A DNA stretch of 64,000 bases from a virus (lineage: Duplodnaviria > Heunggongvirae > Uroviricota > Caudoviricetes): positions 1 through 64,000 of the IMG/VR virus record IMGVR_UViG_3300046507_000435; one strand, 5' to 3'. Numbering within the stretch: the first letter of the stretch is position 1; every line of letters begins with the position of its first letter. The notes below the pieces were generated by a model that worked only from the letters and a program-made list of their open reading frames with translations, did no database searches and was not told the DNA's origin. The translations under genes were made by a program, and so were the position numbers. This document shows, piece by piece, positions 45,898 through 54,919 of this stretch.

Positions 45898-47433
45898 ATG
45901 GCAACCATCCCCGCATTATCGAACGCCGCCATTTCGGCGGTGCAGGACACCAGCGTGCGCAGCATCCTGCGCTCGCTGTCGGACTACCTGGCCGTGCGCA
46001 ACGGCGACACCGGCAACGGCAAGGAGGCCTTCCTGACGCTGGACGACCTGACCGGCGACGGCGCCACCGCGCAAGCCGTGGCCAGCGCGCTGGCCAAGCC
46101 GATCGGCGACGGCATCGGCACGGCCAAGCCCGGCTCGCCGCTGGACAACCTGGGCCAGCAGCTGGAAGACCGGATCTTGTCGTCGGCCGCGTGGCAGGCG
46201 ATGTTCGCCCGCATCGACCTGATCGCGGCGCCCGACAGCGTGCCGGGCAGCGCTTCCTGGCTGCTGCTGCAGGAGGCCAAGGCGCGCGGCGCTGCCGTCA
46301 CCAACGTCAGCACCCAGCTGCAAAGCACGGCCGAATCGCTCGCCAAGACCACCACCACCCTGACGGCATCGATCAAGGACAACGCGGCGGCGATCACGCA
46401 GGAGGCCAAGGTACGCGCGGACGCCAACACCGCCACCGCCACACGGCTCGACATCATGGCCACATCCGTGGGGCAAAATACCGCCGCCATCCAATCCGAG
46501 GCCTCCACCCGCGTCAACAACGACAACGCCCTGGTGCAGGCGATCAATACCATGTGGGCGCGGGTCGGCTCCAGCGCCGCGCTGGTGCAGGGCGGGACCA
46601 ACATCGCGGTCAACGACATTGGTAGTACCGTCACGAAGTTTGAGCAGTTGCAGGCCATCATCACCGATCCGGTGACGGGCCTGAAAACCACGGCCGCCCT
46701 CAAGACCGACCTGTCCCTGACCAATGACAAGGTCAACGGGCTGAGCGGGAAATGGGGCGTCAAACTGGACCTGAACGGCTATGTCTCCGGGGTGTCGCTC
46801 AATTCGGGCGTGTCCACCGGCGGCAAGGCGGAATCGTCGTTTTTGGTGCTGGCCAACACCTTCGCCGTCGGTTCGCCCGGAAAACCGGAGATGGTGCCCT
46901 TCGCCATTGATACGGCGACCGGGCTGGTGTCGATCCGCGGTGACCTGCTGGTCAAAAAATCCATCACGGCCGCCAGTGGCGTCATCGGTGACGCCGCCAT
47001 CACCAACGCCAACATCAAGAACGCCGCCGTCGACACGCTCAAGATCGGCGGCAACGCCGTCACCATCCCGGTCTACATGGAAGGGTTTAATGATGGCACG
47101 AATTTCAATTCCGGCAGCCTGATACCGCGCGGCTCCGTCACGATGGTGCTGCCGGACACCGGCTCCGTGGTGGCGATCATCACCTGGCAAACGCTGTCGG
47201 CCAACGCCGGCGACGGCTTTAACTCGGTGGTCGATCTGAGCGTGGACGGCCGCTCGATCCTGCACCAGTCCAATTCCGGCATGTCGGGCTACAACCAGAC
47301 CTTTTCCACCGCCACCCGCACCACCGTGGGGCCGGGCGCCCACACCTTCACCGTGTCGTTCGGCAACGACTGGAGCGTCGGCTGGTACCAGCTGGGCCGC
47401 TGGTCGGTCACTTTATTGGGAGTCATGCGATGA
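45898..47433 (+). CDS. tail fibre protein with a central coiled coil
   Basis: 511 aa. The central region (TQLQSTAESLAKTTTTLTASIKDNAAAITQEAKVRADANTATATRLD) has heptad character. The C-terminus has a beta-rich knob. Confidence 0.5.
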   Translation: MATIPALSNAAISAVQDTSVRSILRSLSDYLAVRNGDTGNGKEAFLTLDDLTGDGATAQAVASALAKPIGDGIGTAKPGSPLDNLGQQLEDRILSSAAWQAMFARIDLIAAPDSVPGSASWLLLQEAKARGAAVTNVSTQLQSTAESLAKTTTTLTASIKDNAAAITQEAKVRADANTATATRLDIMATSVGQNTAAIQSEASTRVNNDNALVQAINTMWARVGSSAALVQGGTNIAVNDIGSTVTKFEQLQAIITDPVTGLKTTAALKTDLSLTNDKVNGLSGKWGVKLDLNGYVSGVSLNSGVSTGGKAESSFLVLANTFAVGSPGKPEMVPFAIDTATGLVSIRGDLLVKKSITAASGVIGDAAITNANIKNAAVDTLKIGGNAVTIPVYMEGFNDGTNFNSGSLIPRGSVTMVLPDTGSVVAIITWQTLSANAGDGFNSVVDLSVDGRSILHQSNSGMSGYNQTFSTATRTTVGPGAHTFTVSFGNDWSVGWYQLGRWSVTLLGVMR

Positions 47434-47789
47434 CCGTACGGTTCGCCAAATACGATCAATCCGGGCGCATCCTGTTCATCGGGGAAGTACCGGAATCGAT
47501 GCTGGACGCGCAGACCGCCGACGGCAACGCCCTGGTGGTGGGCGTGGCGGACCCCGCCACCGATTACGTGCGCCGGGGCCGCATCACGGCGCGCCCCGTC
47601 AATCCCGCCCAGCTGGACGGGCTGCAGCTGACCGGGCTGCCGGCGCCGTGCGCCATCCACATCAACGGCCAGCGCTACGACTGTCCCGACCGCGAGGCTA
47701 CCTTGCACTTTTCTTATCCGGGCAGCTACCAGATCCGCGTCGAGGCCTTCCCCTACCTCGACGCCATTTTTACAGTGGAGTCCACTTGA
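47430..47789 (+). CDS. hypothetical protein
   Basis: 119 aa. ATGA overlap with the fibre gene. Confidence 0.4.
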   Translation: MTVRFAKYDQSGRILFIGEVPESMLDAQTADGNALVVGVADPATDYVRRGRITARPVNPAQLDGLQLTGLPAPCAIHINGQRYDCPDREATLHFSYPGSYQIRVEAFPYLDAIFTVEST

Positions 47790-47953
47790 ACATTGTGCAC
47801 ACCGAAGACGTGGACGCGCTGCGGCGCGCCCACTACCCGCCGCTGGCCGACCTGGCCGACGCCATGTACTGGCTCAGCCGGGGCGACGACACCAAGCTGA
47901 AGGCCTACAACGACCGCGTCGAGCAGGTCAAACAGCAATTTCCCAAGATTTAA
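47786..47953 (+). CDS. hypothetical small protein (non-ATG start)
   Basis: Coding-like 55 aa (NIVHTEDVDALRRAHYPPLADLADAMYWLSRGDD). No ATG; a TTG lies at 47786. Confidence 0.2.
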   Translation: MNIVHTEDVDALRRAHYPPLADLADAMYWLSRGDDTKLKAYNDRVEQVKQQFPKI

Positions 47954-47998
47954 GACTATCCCGCCGACAATCGGCACCTTCTAATAAAGGACGCAACC

Positions 47999-48529
47999 AT
48001 GTGGTTTACCGATATTCTCTCCAAAGCCGGGCAATACGCCTGGGGTCAGGCCAACGCGGCCTATGTCATGCTGGTCGATGCGCTGGGCGTGCCGCTGGCC
48101 ACCAACAACGGTGCGCTGACCACCTTTGAAATGGCGGCAATGGGCTACGACCCATCGACCGGCCGCACGCCGGTGGAGCAGACCAACAACAACGTGTCGG
48201 CGCTGCTCTCGACCGCCAGCCAAACCCTGGTCGTGAAGGCAGCGCCCGGCTTCCTGCACACCTTGACGGTGTCCTGCCCGGTGGCTGGCGCGGTGGGCAC
48301 GCACCTGGCGCTGTATGACAATTCGGCCGCCAGCGGCACCGCCTACCTTGGATTCATTCCACTGCCAGCAGCTGGCGCGGCGCCTGTGCAGGTCACGCTG
48401 GATTGCCTGTTCGCCACCGGCCTGTCGATCGCTCCCGTCAACCTGAGCATTGCCTCGGGTGTAGTGACACCCACCAACCAAGCCCAAATTGCCACCTCCG
48501 GCGTGCTGGTCAGCGCGTCCTACCGATAA
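47999..48529 (+). CDS. hypothetical virion protein
   Basis: 176 aa, beta-type composition. Confidence 0.4.
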   Translation: MWFTDILSKAGQYAWGQANAAYVMLVDALGVPLATNNGALTTFEMAAMGYDPSTGRTPVEQTNNNVSALLSTASQTLVVKAAPGFLHTLTVSCPVAGAVGTHLALYDNSAASGTAYLGFIPLPAAGAAPVQVTLDCLFATGLSIAPVNLSIASGVVTPTNQAQIATSGVLVSASYR

Positions 48530-48541
48530 AGGAACTCCCCT

Positions 48542-48817
48542 ATGGCACACATGAAAGTTGTCTCCGTGACCGGCCGTACCATTGTCGTTGACATGACCTG
48601 GGACGATGGCCTGGTTAAAAACGGCATCCCGGTCCACAACGCGCCGGTGGAAAGCTTCGACCAGTGCTATCAGTTCCTGACCTCCTACCTGTCGGGCATC
48701 TACGAGCAGGTACGCGCGGCGGCCGATGCCTACGCGCTGGCTAATCCGACGCCCGACCCGCGCGTGTTGTCGGCAGTTGGCCATACCTTTGACAACACGG
48801 GTGCGGTGGTGAGCTGA
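48542..48817 (+). CDS. hypothetical small protein
   Basis: 91 aa. Stop overlaps the next start. Confidence 0.4.
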   Translation: MAHMKVVSVTGRTIVVDMTWDDGLVKNGIPVHNAPVESFDQCYQFLTSYLSGIYEQVRAAADAYALANPTPDPRVLSAVGHTFDNTGAVVS

Positions 48818-51417
48818 TGACGACGACCGTTGAATATGGCTATCTCGGCAGCACCAGCACCGAGAGCGGCGCGGGAATCTCGCGCCTGCCCACCCTGGCA
48901 GCATCCGGCGCGCCGATCTATCAGCCCGCGATCGAGGGCGCATGGTCGCGCGAGCTGCTGGCACCGGACGGCCGCATGCGCTTCGCCAAGGCCGGCAACA
49001 CCAGCGGCCGGGGCGCCGCCAATGCGCTCGATGCGGTGCTGGCGGACAATTTCACCATCCTTTGCCTGGCGCGCAGCACCACCGGCGCCGACCTGAGCAT
49101 TCTGGCCGCCAAGGGCACCTACGGGGTGGATAATTTCATCGGCCTGTATGTCACCGGCAGTCCTGGCTATGGCCCGATCGCCAGCGTGAAATACGGCGCT
49201 GGCGCCAATGCCATCACCAAATCGCCGGCGGTGGCGCGCCGCCGCAACGACTGGCAATGGTGCGCCATGACGCGCGCCGGCACCGTGCTCAACGTGTTTG
49301 CCGACGGGCTCAAAACGCCGGGCGTGGACGCGACCGGTACCACACTGGCCAACACCGGCGTGTTCTCGTTCCAACACAACAACGGCGCCCAGCTGGCCTG
49401 TGCACTGGTGTTCAACCGGGTGCTGAGCGATGTCGAGATCCGGTCGATCATGTCAGGCACCACGCTGCCGCTGACCGTGCCGGGCCTGATGGGCTATTAC
49501 AAGTTCAACGAGGCGAGCGGTACCCAGTGCACCGACTATTCCGGGCGGGGCAACCATCTGACCTATAACACCGACTTTGCCACCCTGCAGGAGGAATGGG
49601 CGCCCGATGGCAATCTGGTGCGCGACCCGGGTTTCCTCACCAACAACACCGGCATCTGGTCCGGTAGCGCTGGCTTCAGCCTGGGCGGGGGAAAGCTGTC
49701 GCTCAACAACGCGGCCTCGTCCTCCGGCGTGGCGCAGCTCGCCTCTCAGATCGTCGCAGGCAATAAGTACCGCGTGACGTTCACCATCGCCAATTATGTT
49801 TCCGGCAACGTGCGCATCATCCTGTATGGCAGTGGTTGCAATCAGCTGACCTCCCAGCGAACGGCCAATGGCACCTACACCGAGGACATCGTCATCAGCA
49901 ACAGCGGTGGGTCATACGCCAACTCTATCCGTATTCAGGCGGGGCTGGCCGGTACCACGCTGGACGTGCAGAACCTGTCGGTCATCCCGCTCACCAACTT
50001 CGATGGCGCCAGCGGCCAGCCCTTCGGGCTGCGGCAACGGCGCAATGCGTCCAACTGGTGGGACCGGATGCCTTTGGCCGTCGCCGCGCCGGGCGCCATG
50101 GGAGCGGCCGCCGCCAACAACCCAGCACCCCGCCTGACCATCCCGCCTGCCTTCGCGCTCAATGGCGACTTCACTTTCTGCATCAAAGTCAAACTGGCAG
50201 CCGCCGCCCTGCATTCGCTCAGCTATGGTTTCAACACCACCTACGCGGGCGTGTCGATTTTCATCAACGACATGAACAAGTTCAAGGTGACTTGGGGCGA
50301 CGGCACCACGTATGCGTCGCTGGTGCTGCCGACCCTGTCCCGTCCCTTGCCCGCCAATGCCTGGGTGGATCTGCAGATCCAGCGGGCGGGCGACTTCCTG
50401 GCGCTCTACATCAACAATGTGCTGGCCTCCAGCATCAGCGGCATGGTCCAGCCGGCCACGGCGGCGGCGGCAGGCCTGCTGTACCCGACCTTGTCAACGC
50501 CCGGGCTCAGCCGATCCAGCCGCTGGTTCAGCCGTGCCATCACGGCCGCCGAGCGCGAAGCGATCTTCCTGACTGATAGTTGCATCAATGCCAGTGGCTT
50601 GCTGGGTGAGTGGCTATCGAACGACCTGACGCAAACGCGCCCGCTCGACACCAGCGGCAACGGAAATCACACCACGGCTGGTTCCAGCAGGGCGGTGCTC
50701 GATTCACCTCACGCCATGCCCCGCCCCAAGCGGGTCGGCAAACAGCTCGCGGTACCGGGCAACAGCCGTTTCATCGTCACCGGCCTCCCGGTGCTGTTTC
50801 ATGGCAAGCAATTCGTGACCATGACCGGCTGGTCACGGTGCCCCTGCATCAAGTTCCAGCCGCCGATGCTCAACGTGCGCAATGTGTCGGTCAATCAGGA
50901 ATTCATACGGCTCCATCATGCGTCCAACGGCCAGCCGCAACTAGTCATCGCCCGGGCAGGGATCGATGTCCCGACGTACAGCAGCAATTTTGGACCGGTC
51001 AGCGTCGAGGCCGAGTGGCATTACTGGGGGATTGAGTACGATTGCGTGGCCAAGGTAGCGCAGCTCTACAAGGACGGGGTGTTGTTCGGGCGTATCTCTA
51101 TCCCGGCCGCCAGCACCGGTACCGGCTTCGACATGACCACCGATGGCAGCACCATGTCCACCCAGTTCGGCGTCGCTTTCGTCAACAATTCCAACCTGAA
51201 CGGCAGCTACGTGGCGCAGGATGACTTGCGGCTCTATGCGCGTGCCTTGACGCCCACCGAGCATTACCAGTCCTACCTGGGCAAGGCGCCACGCAGCGGC
51301 CTGTTGGCGGAATATATATTTGATAACGACACCACCCAATGCCTCGATTCCAGCGGCAATGGATTCCATGGCACCTGGGCCAACCTCAGTCTGGCCAACT
51401 ACATTTCGCAGCCTTAA
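48817..51417 (+). CDS. tail protein with three LamG/concanavalin-A-like lectin repeats and a CBM-like module
   Basis: 866 aa. Three copies of the Laminin_G_3-type signature (Y/L)..(F/W)...(S/T)(G/T)......D.SG(R/N)GN.(L/G)T at about 230, 590 and 840 aa. These are YYKFNEASGTQCTDYSGRGNHLT, LLGEWLSNDLTQTRPLDTSGNGNHTT and LLAEYIFDNDTTQCLDSSGNGFHGTW. A beta-sandwich-like segment lies between. Confidence 0.6.
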   Translation: MTTTVEYGYLGSTSTESGAGISRLPTLAASGAPIYQPAIEGAWSRELLAPDGRMRFAKAGNTSGRGAANALDAVLADNFTILCLARSTTGADLSILAAKGTYGVDNFIGLYVTGSPGYGPIASVKYGAGANAITKSPAVARRRNDWQWCAMTRAGTVLNVFADGLKTPGVDATGTTLANTGVFSFQHNNGAQLACALVFNRVLSDVEIRSIMSGTTLPLTVPGLMGYYKFNEASGTQCTDYSGRGNHLTYNTDFATLQEEWAPDGNLVRDPGFLTNNTGIWSGSAGFSLGGGKLSLNNAASSSGVAQLASQIVAGNKYRVTFTIANYVSGNVRIILYGSGCNQLTSQRTANGTYTEDIVISNSGGSYANSIRIQAGLAGTTLDVQNLSVIPLTNFDGASGQPFGLRQRRNASNWWDRMPLAVAAPGAMGAAAANNPAPRLTIPPAFALNGDFTFCIKVKLAAAALHSLSYGFNTTYAGVSIFINDMNKFKVTWGDGTTYASLVLPTLSRPLPANAWVDLQIQRAGDFLALYINNVLASSISGMVQPATAAAAGLLYPTLSTPGLSRSSRWFSRAITAAEREAIFLTDSCINASGLLGEWLSNDLTQTRPLDTSGNGNHTTAGSSRAVLDSPHAMPRPKRVGKQLAVPGNSRFIVTGLPVLFHGKQFVTMTGWSRCPCIKFQPPMLNVRNVSVNQEFIRLHHASNGQPQLVIARAGIDVPTYSSNFGPVSVEAEWHYWGIEYDCVAKVAQLYKDGVLFGRISIPAASTGTGFDMTTDGSTMSTQFGVAFVNNSNLNGSYVAQDDLRLYARALTPTEHYQSYLGKAPRSGLLAEYIFDNDTTQCLDSSGNGFHGTWANLSLANYISQP

Positions 51418-51421
51418 TCCG

Positions 51422-51470
51422 GTCCCGCCCCCATGAAAAACGGTGGCGGGACTAAATTCTAAGTTTTTCA
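51422..51470 (+). terminator. probable rho-independent terminator
   Basis: GTCCCGCC-(15-nt loop)-GGCGGGAC followed by TAAATTCTAAGTTTTTC. Confidence 0.5.
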
Positions 51471-51515
51471 AAACCCCGCCATATCATCGCGCCATCTTCA
51501 CAAAGAGGCGCCGGC

Positions 51516-52433
51516 ATGCAAGACCAAGCAGCATCATTTCACCTCACTGCCCAGCAGCAGGAAAGCGCGCAAGACGTGCTGAACCTGCTGCGTGGGCAGC
51601 TCATTTCGCCCGCCATGACCGAATCAGCCGAGCGTGCCTTGCTGGTGCAGCCGCAGGTCGCCTGCCCGGTCTATCACCATTTCGGCCCAAACCTGTACTT
51701 CCGCGAAGTGCACATGCCGGCCGACACCTTCGCCATTGGCCACCACCAGAATTTCGACCAGTGGAACTTCTTCCTGAAGGGCCGCATCACGGCCATTCTG
51801 GACGACGGTAGCCTGCAGGAACTGGTGGCGCCGATGTCGTTCCTGGGCGCGGCTGGCCGCAAGATCGGCTATGTCCATGAGGATGTCGTCTGGATCAACG
51901 TGTACGCGACGAGCCTCACGGATGTCGGCCAGCTGGAGGCGCTGCTGCTGACCAAAAGCGACAGCTGGCAGATGGACGCGGCGACGCGCCAGGCGCTGGC
52001 CGGCCTGCGGCATCAGGAAGACCGCGACGACTTCGCCGCCGCGATCGCCGAATTGGGCTATACGGCCGAGCAGGTCCGCGCCCAATCCGAGAACGAGGAC
52101 GACCAGATCCCGCTGCCTCCGGGCATGCAGCGCGTCAAGGTCGGCGCGTCGCCGATCGAGGGCTTAGGCCTGTTCGCCACCGCCGATATCGCCGCCGGCG
52201 ACCTGATCGCCATGGGGCGCATCAACGGCAAGCGCACGCCGGCCGGCCGCTACACCAATCACGCGCGCCACCCGAACGCCCGCATGCAGGTCATCAATAG
52301 CCGGGGCGATATCGCCCTGTTCGCGCTGCGCGCGCTGCGCGGCTGCCATGGCGGCGCCGACGGCGAGGAAATCACGGTCGATTACCGCCAGGCCAATCAG
52401 GAAGTCACCCAATTTCACCAAAGGAACCAGTAA
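51516..52433 (+). CDS. SET-domain protein (putative protein-lysine methyltransferase) with an N-terminal cupin-like region
   Basis: C-terminal GASPIEGLGLFATADIAAGDLIA (GxG), RYTNHARHPNARM (NH..PN) and GEEITVDY (ExxxDY) form the SET-domain triad. The N-terminal half has a cupin-like HH..G..(Y)F..H..P pattern. Confidence 0.65.
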   Translation: MQDQAASFHLTAQQQESAQDVLNLLRGQLISPAMTESAERALLVQPQVACPVYHHFGPNLYFREVHMPADTFAIGHHQNFDQWNFFLKGRITAILDDGSLQELVAPMSFLGAAGRKIGYVHEDVVWINVYATSLTDVGQLEALLLTKSDSWQMDAATRQALAGLRHQEDRDDFAAAIAELGYTAEQVRAQSENEDDQIPLPPGMQRVKVGASPIEGLGLFATADIAAGDLIAMGRINGKRTPAGRYTNHARHPNARMQVINSRGDIALFALRALRGCHGGADGEEITVDYRQANQEVTQFHQRNQ

Positions 52434-53152
52434 TGTCAGGAATCGCTACCGCCGTCGTGGGATCGGCCGTCATCGGCGGCATCGTCGCCAGCAAGGGCCA
52501 GAAGGCCGCCGCCGACGCGGCCAATCGTGCCACCGACGCCAACGCCTATCAGGGCGAAATCGCCACCGAACAGTGGAAGGACTACAAGGACACCTTCCAG
52601 CCGCTGGAACATGATCTGGCCGCCGAGGCCAAGAACGCCGATTCGCAGGCCAATTACGACAAGGCCGCGTCGGCCGCGCAGGCCACCGTGTCGAGCCAGA
52701 TTGGCATGGCCAAGGATCGCCTGCAGCGCACCCCGGGCATGGACCCGTCCAGCGCGGCCGCCCAGACCGCCCAGACCGACCTGGCGCTGAAGGGTGCCGC
52801 GATGGGCGCGGCCGCGCAAAACACCGCGCGCGAGAACGTCACCAACATGGCCTACGCCAAGAAGCAGGATGCCGTCGCGCTGGGCAAGGGCTTGGTGTCG
52901 AACGCCACTTCCGGACTGGCCAGCGCCGCCGCCGGCGCCGACGCGATCGCCCGCAGCCAGGCCCAGCAAGCCGGCGCCACGGCGCAGGGCGCCGGCGCCA
53001 TGGTCAGTGGCGTGGTCAACGGCCTGACCAAGGTGAACTGGGGCGTGGGCGGCGTGGGCAGCGGTGGCGGTGGCCAGCTGGCCGCCGTCAAGGTGCCAGC
53101 CGGTACCGACTTCGGCGTCATGAACGAGGCCTACGCGCCGCCGGTCGGCTGA
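52433..53152 (+). CDS. Ala/Gly-rich virion protein (candidate internal/ejection protein)
   Basis: 239 aa. N-terminal hydrophobic segment (IATAVVGSAVIGGIVA) then A/Q/G-rich low complexity. Confidence 0.4.
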   Translation: MSGIATAVVGSAVIGGIVASKGQKAAADAANRATDANAYQGEIATEQWKDYKDTFQPLEHDLAAEAKNADSQANYDKAASAAQATVSSQIGMAKDRLQRTPGMDPSSAAAQTAQTDLALKGAAMGAAAQNTARENVTNMAYAKKQDAVALGKGLVSNATSGLASAAAGADAIARSQAQQAGATAQGAGAMVSGVVNGLTKVNWGVGGVGSGGGGQLAAVKVPAGTDFGVMNEAYAPPVG

Positions 53153-53199
53153 TCGCCCGCCATCCGCATCACACCATCTAAACAACGACAGGAATTATT

Positions 53200-54900
53200 A
53201 TGGGTTTGAGTCTCGCAGGGGTAGCCGCCGGCTACCAGGGCTATGCCAACGAAACCGCGCGGCTGGCTGAAGAAGATCGCCGCGCCAAGGCCGAGCAGCG
53301 CGCCGAACAGGACGCATCCTTCCAAGAAGAGTCGCGCGGCCGCCAGCGCACCGACTGGCAGGAGCAGGACCGCATCAAGGCGGATCGCAAGCGCGACATC
53401 GCCGCCGTCAACGCCAAGTACGATGGCGCGGCCGATGCCGGCAGCGGCGCCGCCGACCAGGCGCTGGCCCAGCAGCAGGTCAAGGATGACCAGACGCAGG
53501 CCCAGATCGACGCCGCCCAAGCCGCGCCAGCCGACCCGACCGTCGCCGCGGTGAGTGCCGCGCCCGCAGCGCCGGCTGACTCGATCGTCACCGGCGCCGC
53601 CACGCCCGCATGGGCCAAGGCCGCCGGTGTCACGTCGGCCAAGCCCGACTCGGTGGTGCAAGACCCCGCCATCGCGGCCAAGCTGCGCGACCTGGCGCCG
53701 CCGGCCGGCGTACCCAAGCCACGCAGTTTCAACGACACGCTGGCCAAGCAGTCGGAGCTGCTGCGCCTGGCAGCCGATCGGGGCGACCTGAAGCCGCAGG
53801 ATTACGCGCAGGGCATGCAGCTGCTGAACACCATGCGCACCGAGGGCGTCAACGATGCCCTGAAAGCCTTCAGTGCCGGCGACTACCAGGGCGGCATGGA
53901 CGCCTTCAACCAGATTGGTAAGAACCGGGGCAGCCGCATCGTCAGTGGTGCCGAGGGCGTCACCAAGATCAACGGCCAGGATGTACCGACCCACTTTGTC
54001 ACCATCGCCAACCCGGACGGCTCGCAAACCGTCATCGATTCGGCCCGCGCGCAATACCAGCTGCTGGACTTGAATTCCCAGCTGGCCCACGTCGACCGCG
54101 CCCGCCAAACCGACATGCAGGCCCGTCAGCACGCCGACCAGATCGCGCTGGGCCGCGACCAGCTGGCGCAAAGCGCCAAGGACGCCGCCGCCGGCCGTAG
54201 CCTGCAGGCCCAGCAGCTGCAGCTCACCCGGATGCAGTTCGATGCCAGCACGCCACTGGGCAAGATCAACTCCATGAGCGCCGCGCTAAAGCAACCGCTG
54301 AGCACCGACCAGATCGAAAACCTGCTGGGCGTGTCCAAGATCCCGCGCGCGGTCGAGCTGCAAGTGCAAAGCCTGATGAAGGAAAACGACACCGAGAGCC
54401 AGGCCATGGCGCGCGCGATCGCCTCGCCGGAAGGCATGAACCCGGCCGCCGCCGCCACGTTCCAGAAGAACGCCGCGATCCGCAACGGCAAGCTGAACCA
54501 GCTGCTGCAACCCTACTCGGGTGGTGCCGCCAAGGCCGGCGGCGCCAGCGCCGACCCGTTGAACCTGAACGGCCAGCTGCGCGGCACCATCGTGCCCAAT
54601 CCACTGCTGGCGCCGGCCGCCGCCCCCGCCGCTGCGGCGCCGCAGCCGGTGCTGCGCCAACCGGCCGGCCTGCAGGCCGCTGTGGCGGCCGCACCGGTCC
54701 CGGTCGGCACCGTCACCGAGGGCGGCGGCGTGAACGTCGTCAACGACCCCATCCTGACCTCGCTGCGCAAGACCATCGGCGGCATCGATATGCAAGACCC
54801 GAAGAACCTGGATGTCATCACCAAGTTCGGCAAGGCGCGTAACGACCGCATCGCGCAGCTGCAAGCCAACTACGGCACCACCAAGTTGATCACCGACTAA
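53200..54900 (+). CDS. coiled-coil virion protein (candidate internal/ejection protein)
   Basis: 566 aa, E/R/K/Q-rich, helical with a Pro/Ala-rich C-terminus. Directly precedes the giant gene. Confidence 0.45.
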   Translation: MGLSLAGVAAGYQGYANETARLAEEDRRAKAEQRAEQDASFQEESRGRQRTDWQEQDRIKADRKRDIAAVNAKYDGAADAGSGAADQALAQQQVKDDQTQAQIDAAQAAPADPTVAAVSAAPAAPADSIVTGAATPAWAKAAGVTSAKPDSVVQDPAIAAKLRDLAPPAGVPKPRSFNDTLAKQSELLRLAADRGDLKPQDYAQGMQLLNTMRTEGVNDALKAFSAGDYQGGMDAFNQIGKNRGSRIVSGAEGVTKINGQDVPTHFVTIANPDGSQTVIDSARAQYQLLDLNSQLAHVDRARQTDMQARQHADQIALGRDQLAQSAKDAAAGRSLQAQQLQLTRMQFDASTPLGKINSMSAALKQPLSTDQIENLLGVSKIPRAVELQVQSLMKENDTESQAMARAIASPEGMNPAAAATFQKNAAIRNGKLNQLLQPYSGGAAKAGGASADPLNLNGQLRGTIVPNPLLAPAAAPAAAAPQPVLRQPAGLQAAVAAAPVPVGTVTEGGGVNVVNDPILTSLRKTIGGIDMQDPKNLDVITKFGKARNDRIAQLQANYGTTKLITD

Positions 54901-54919
54901 TTAACAGGATTCCACCCGC

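Noticed and set aside
45916-47343. 475-aa minus ORF opposite the coiled-coil fibre gene
   Set aside because: Antisense shadow, Gly/Arg/Asp-rich.
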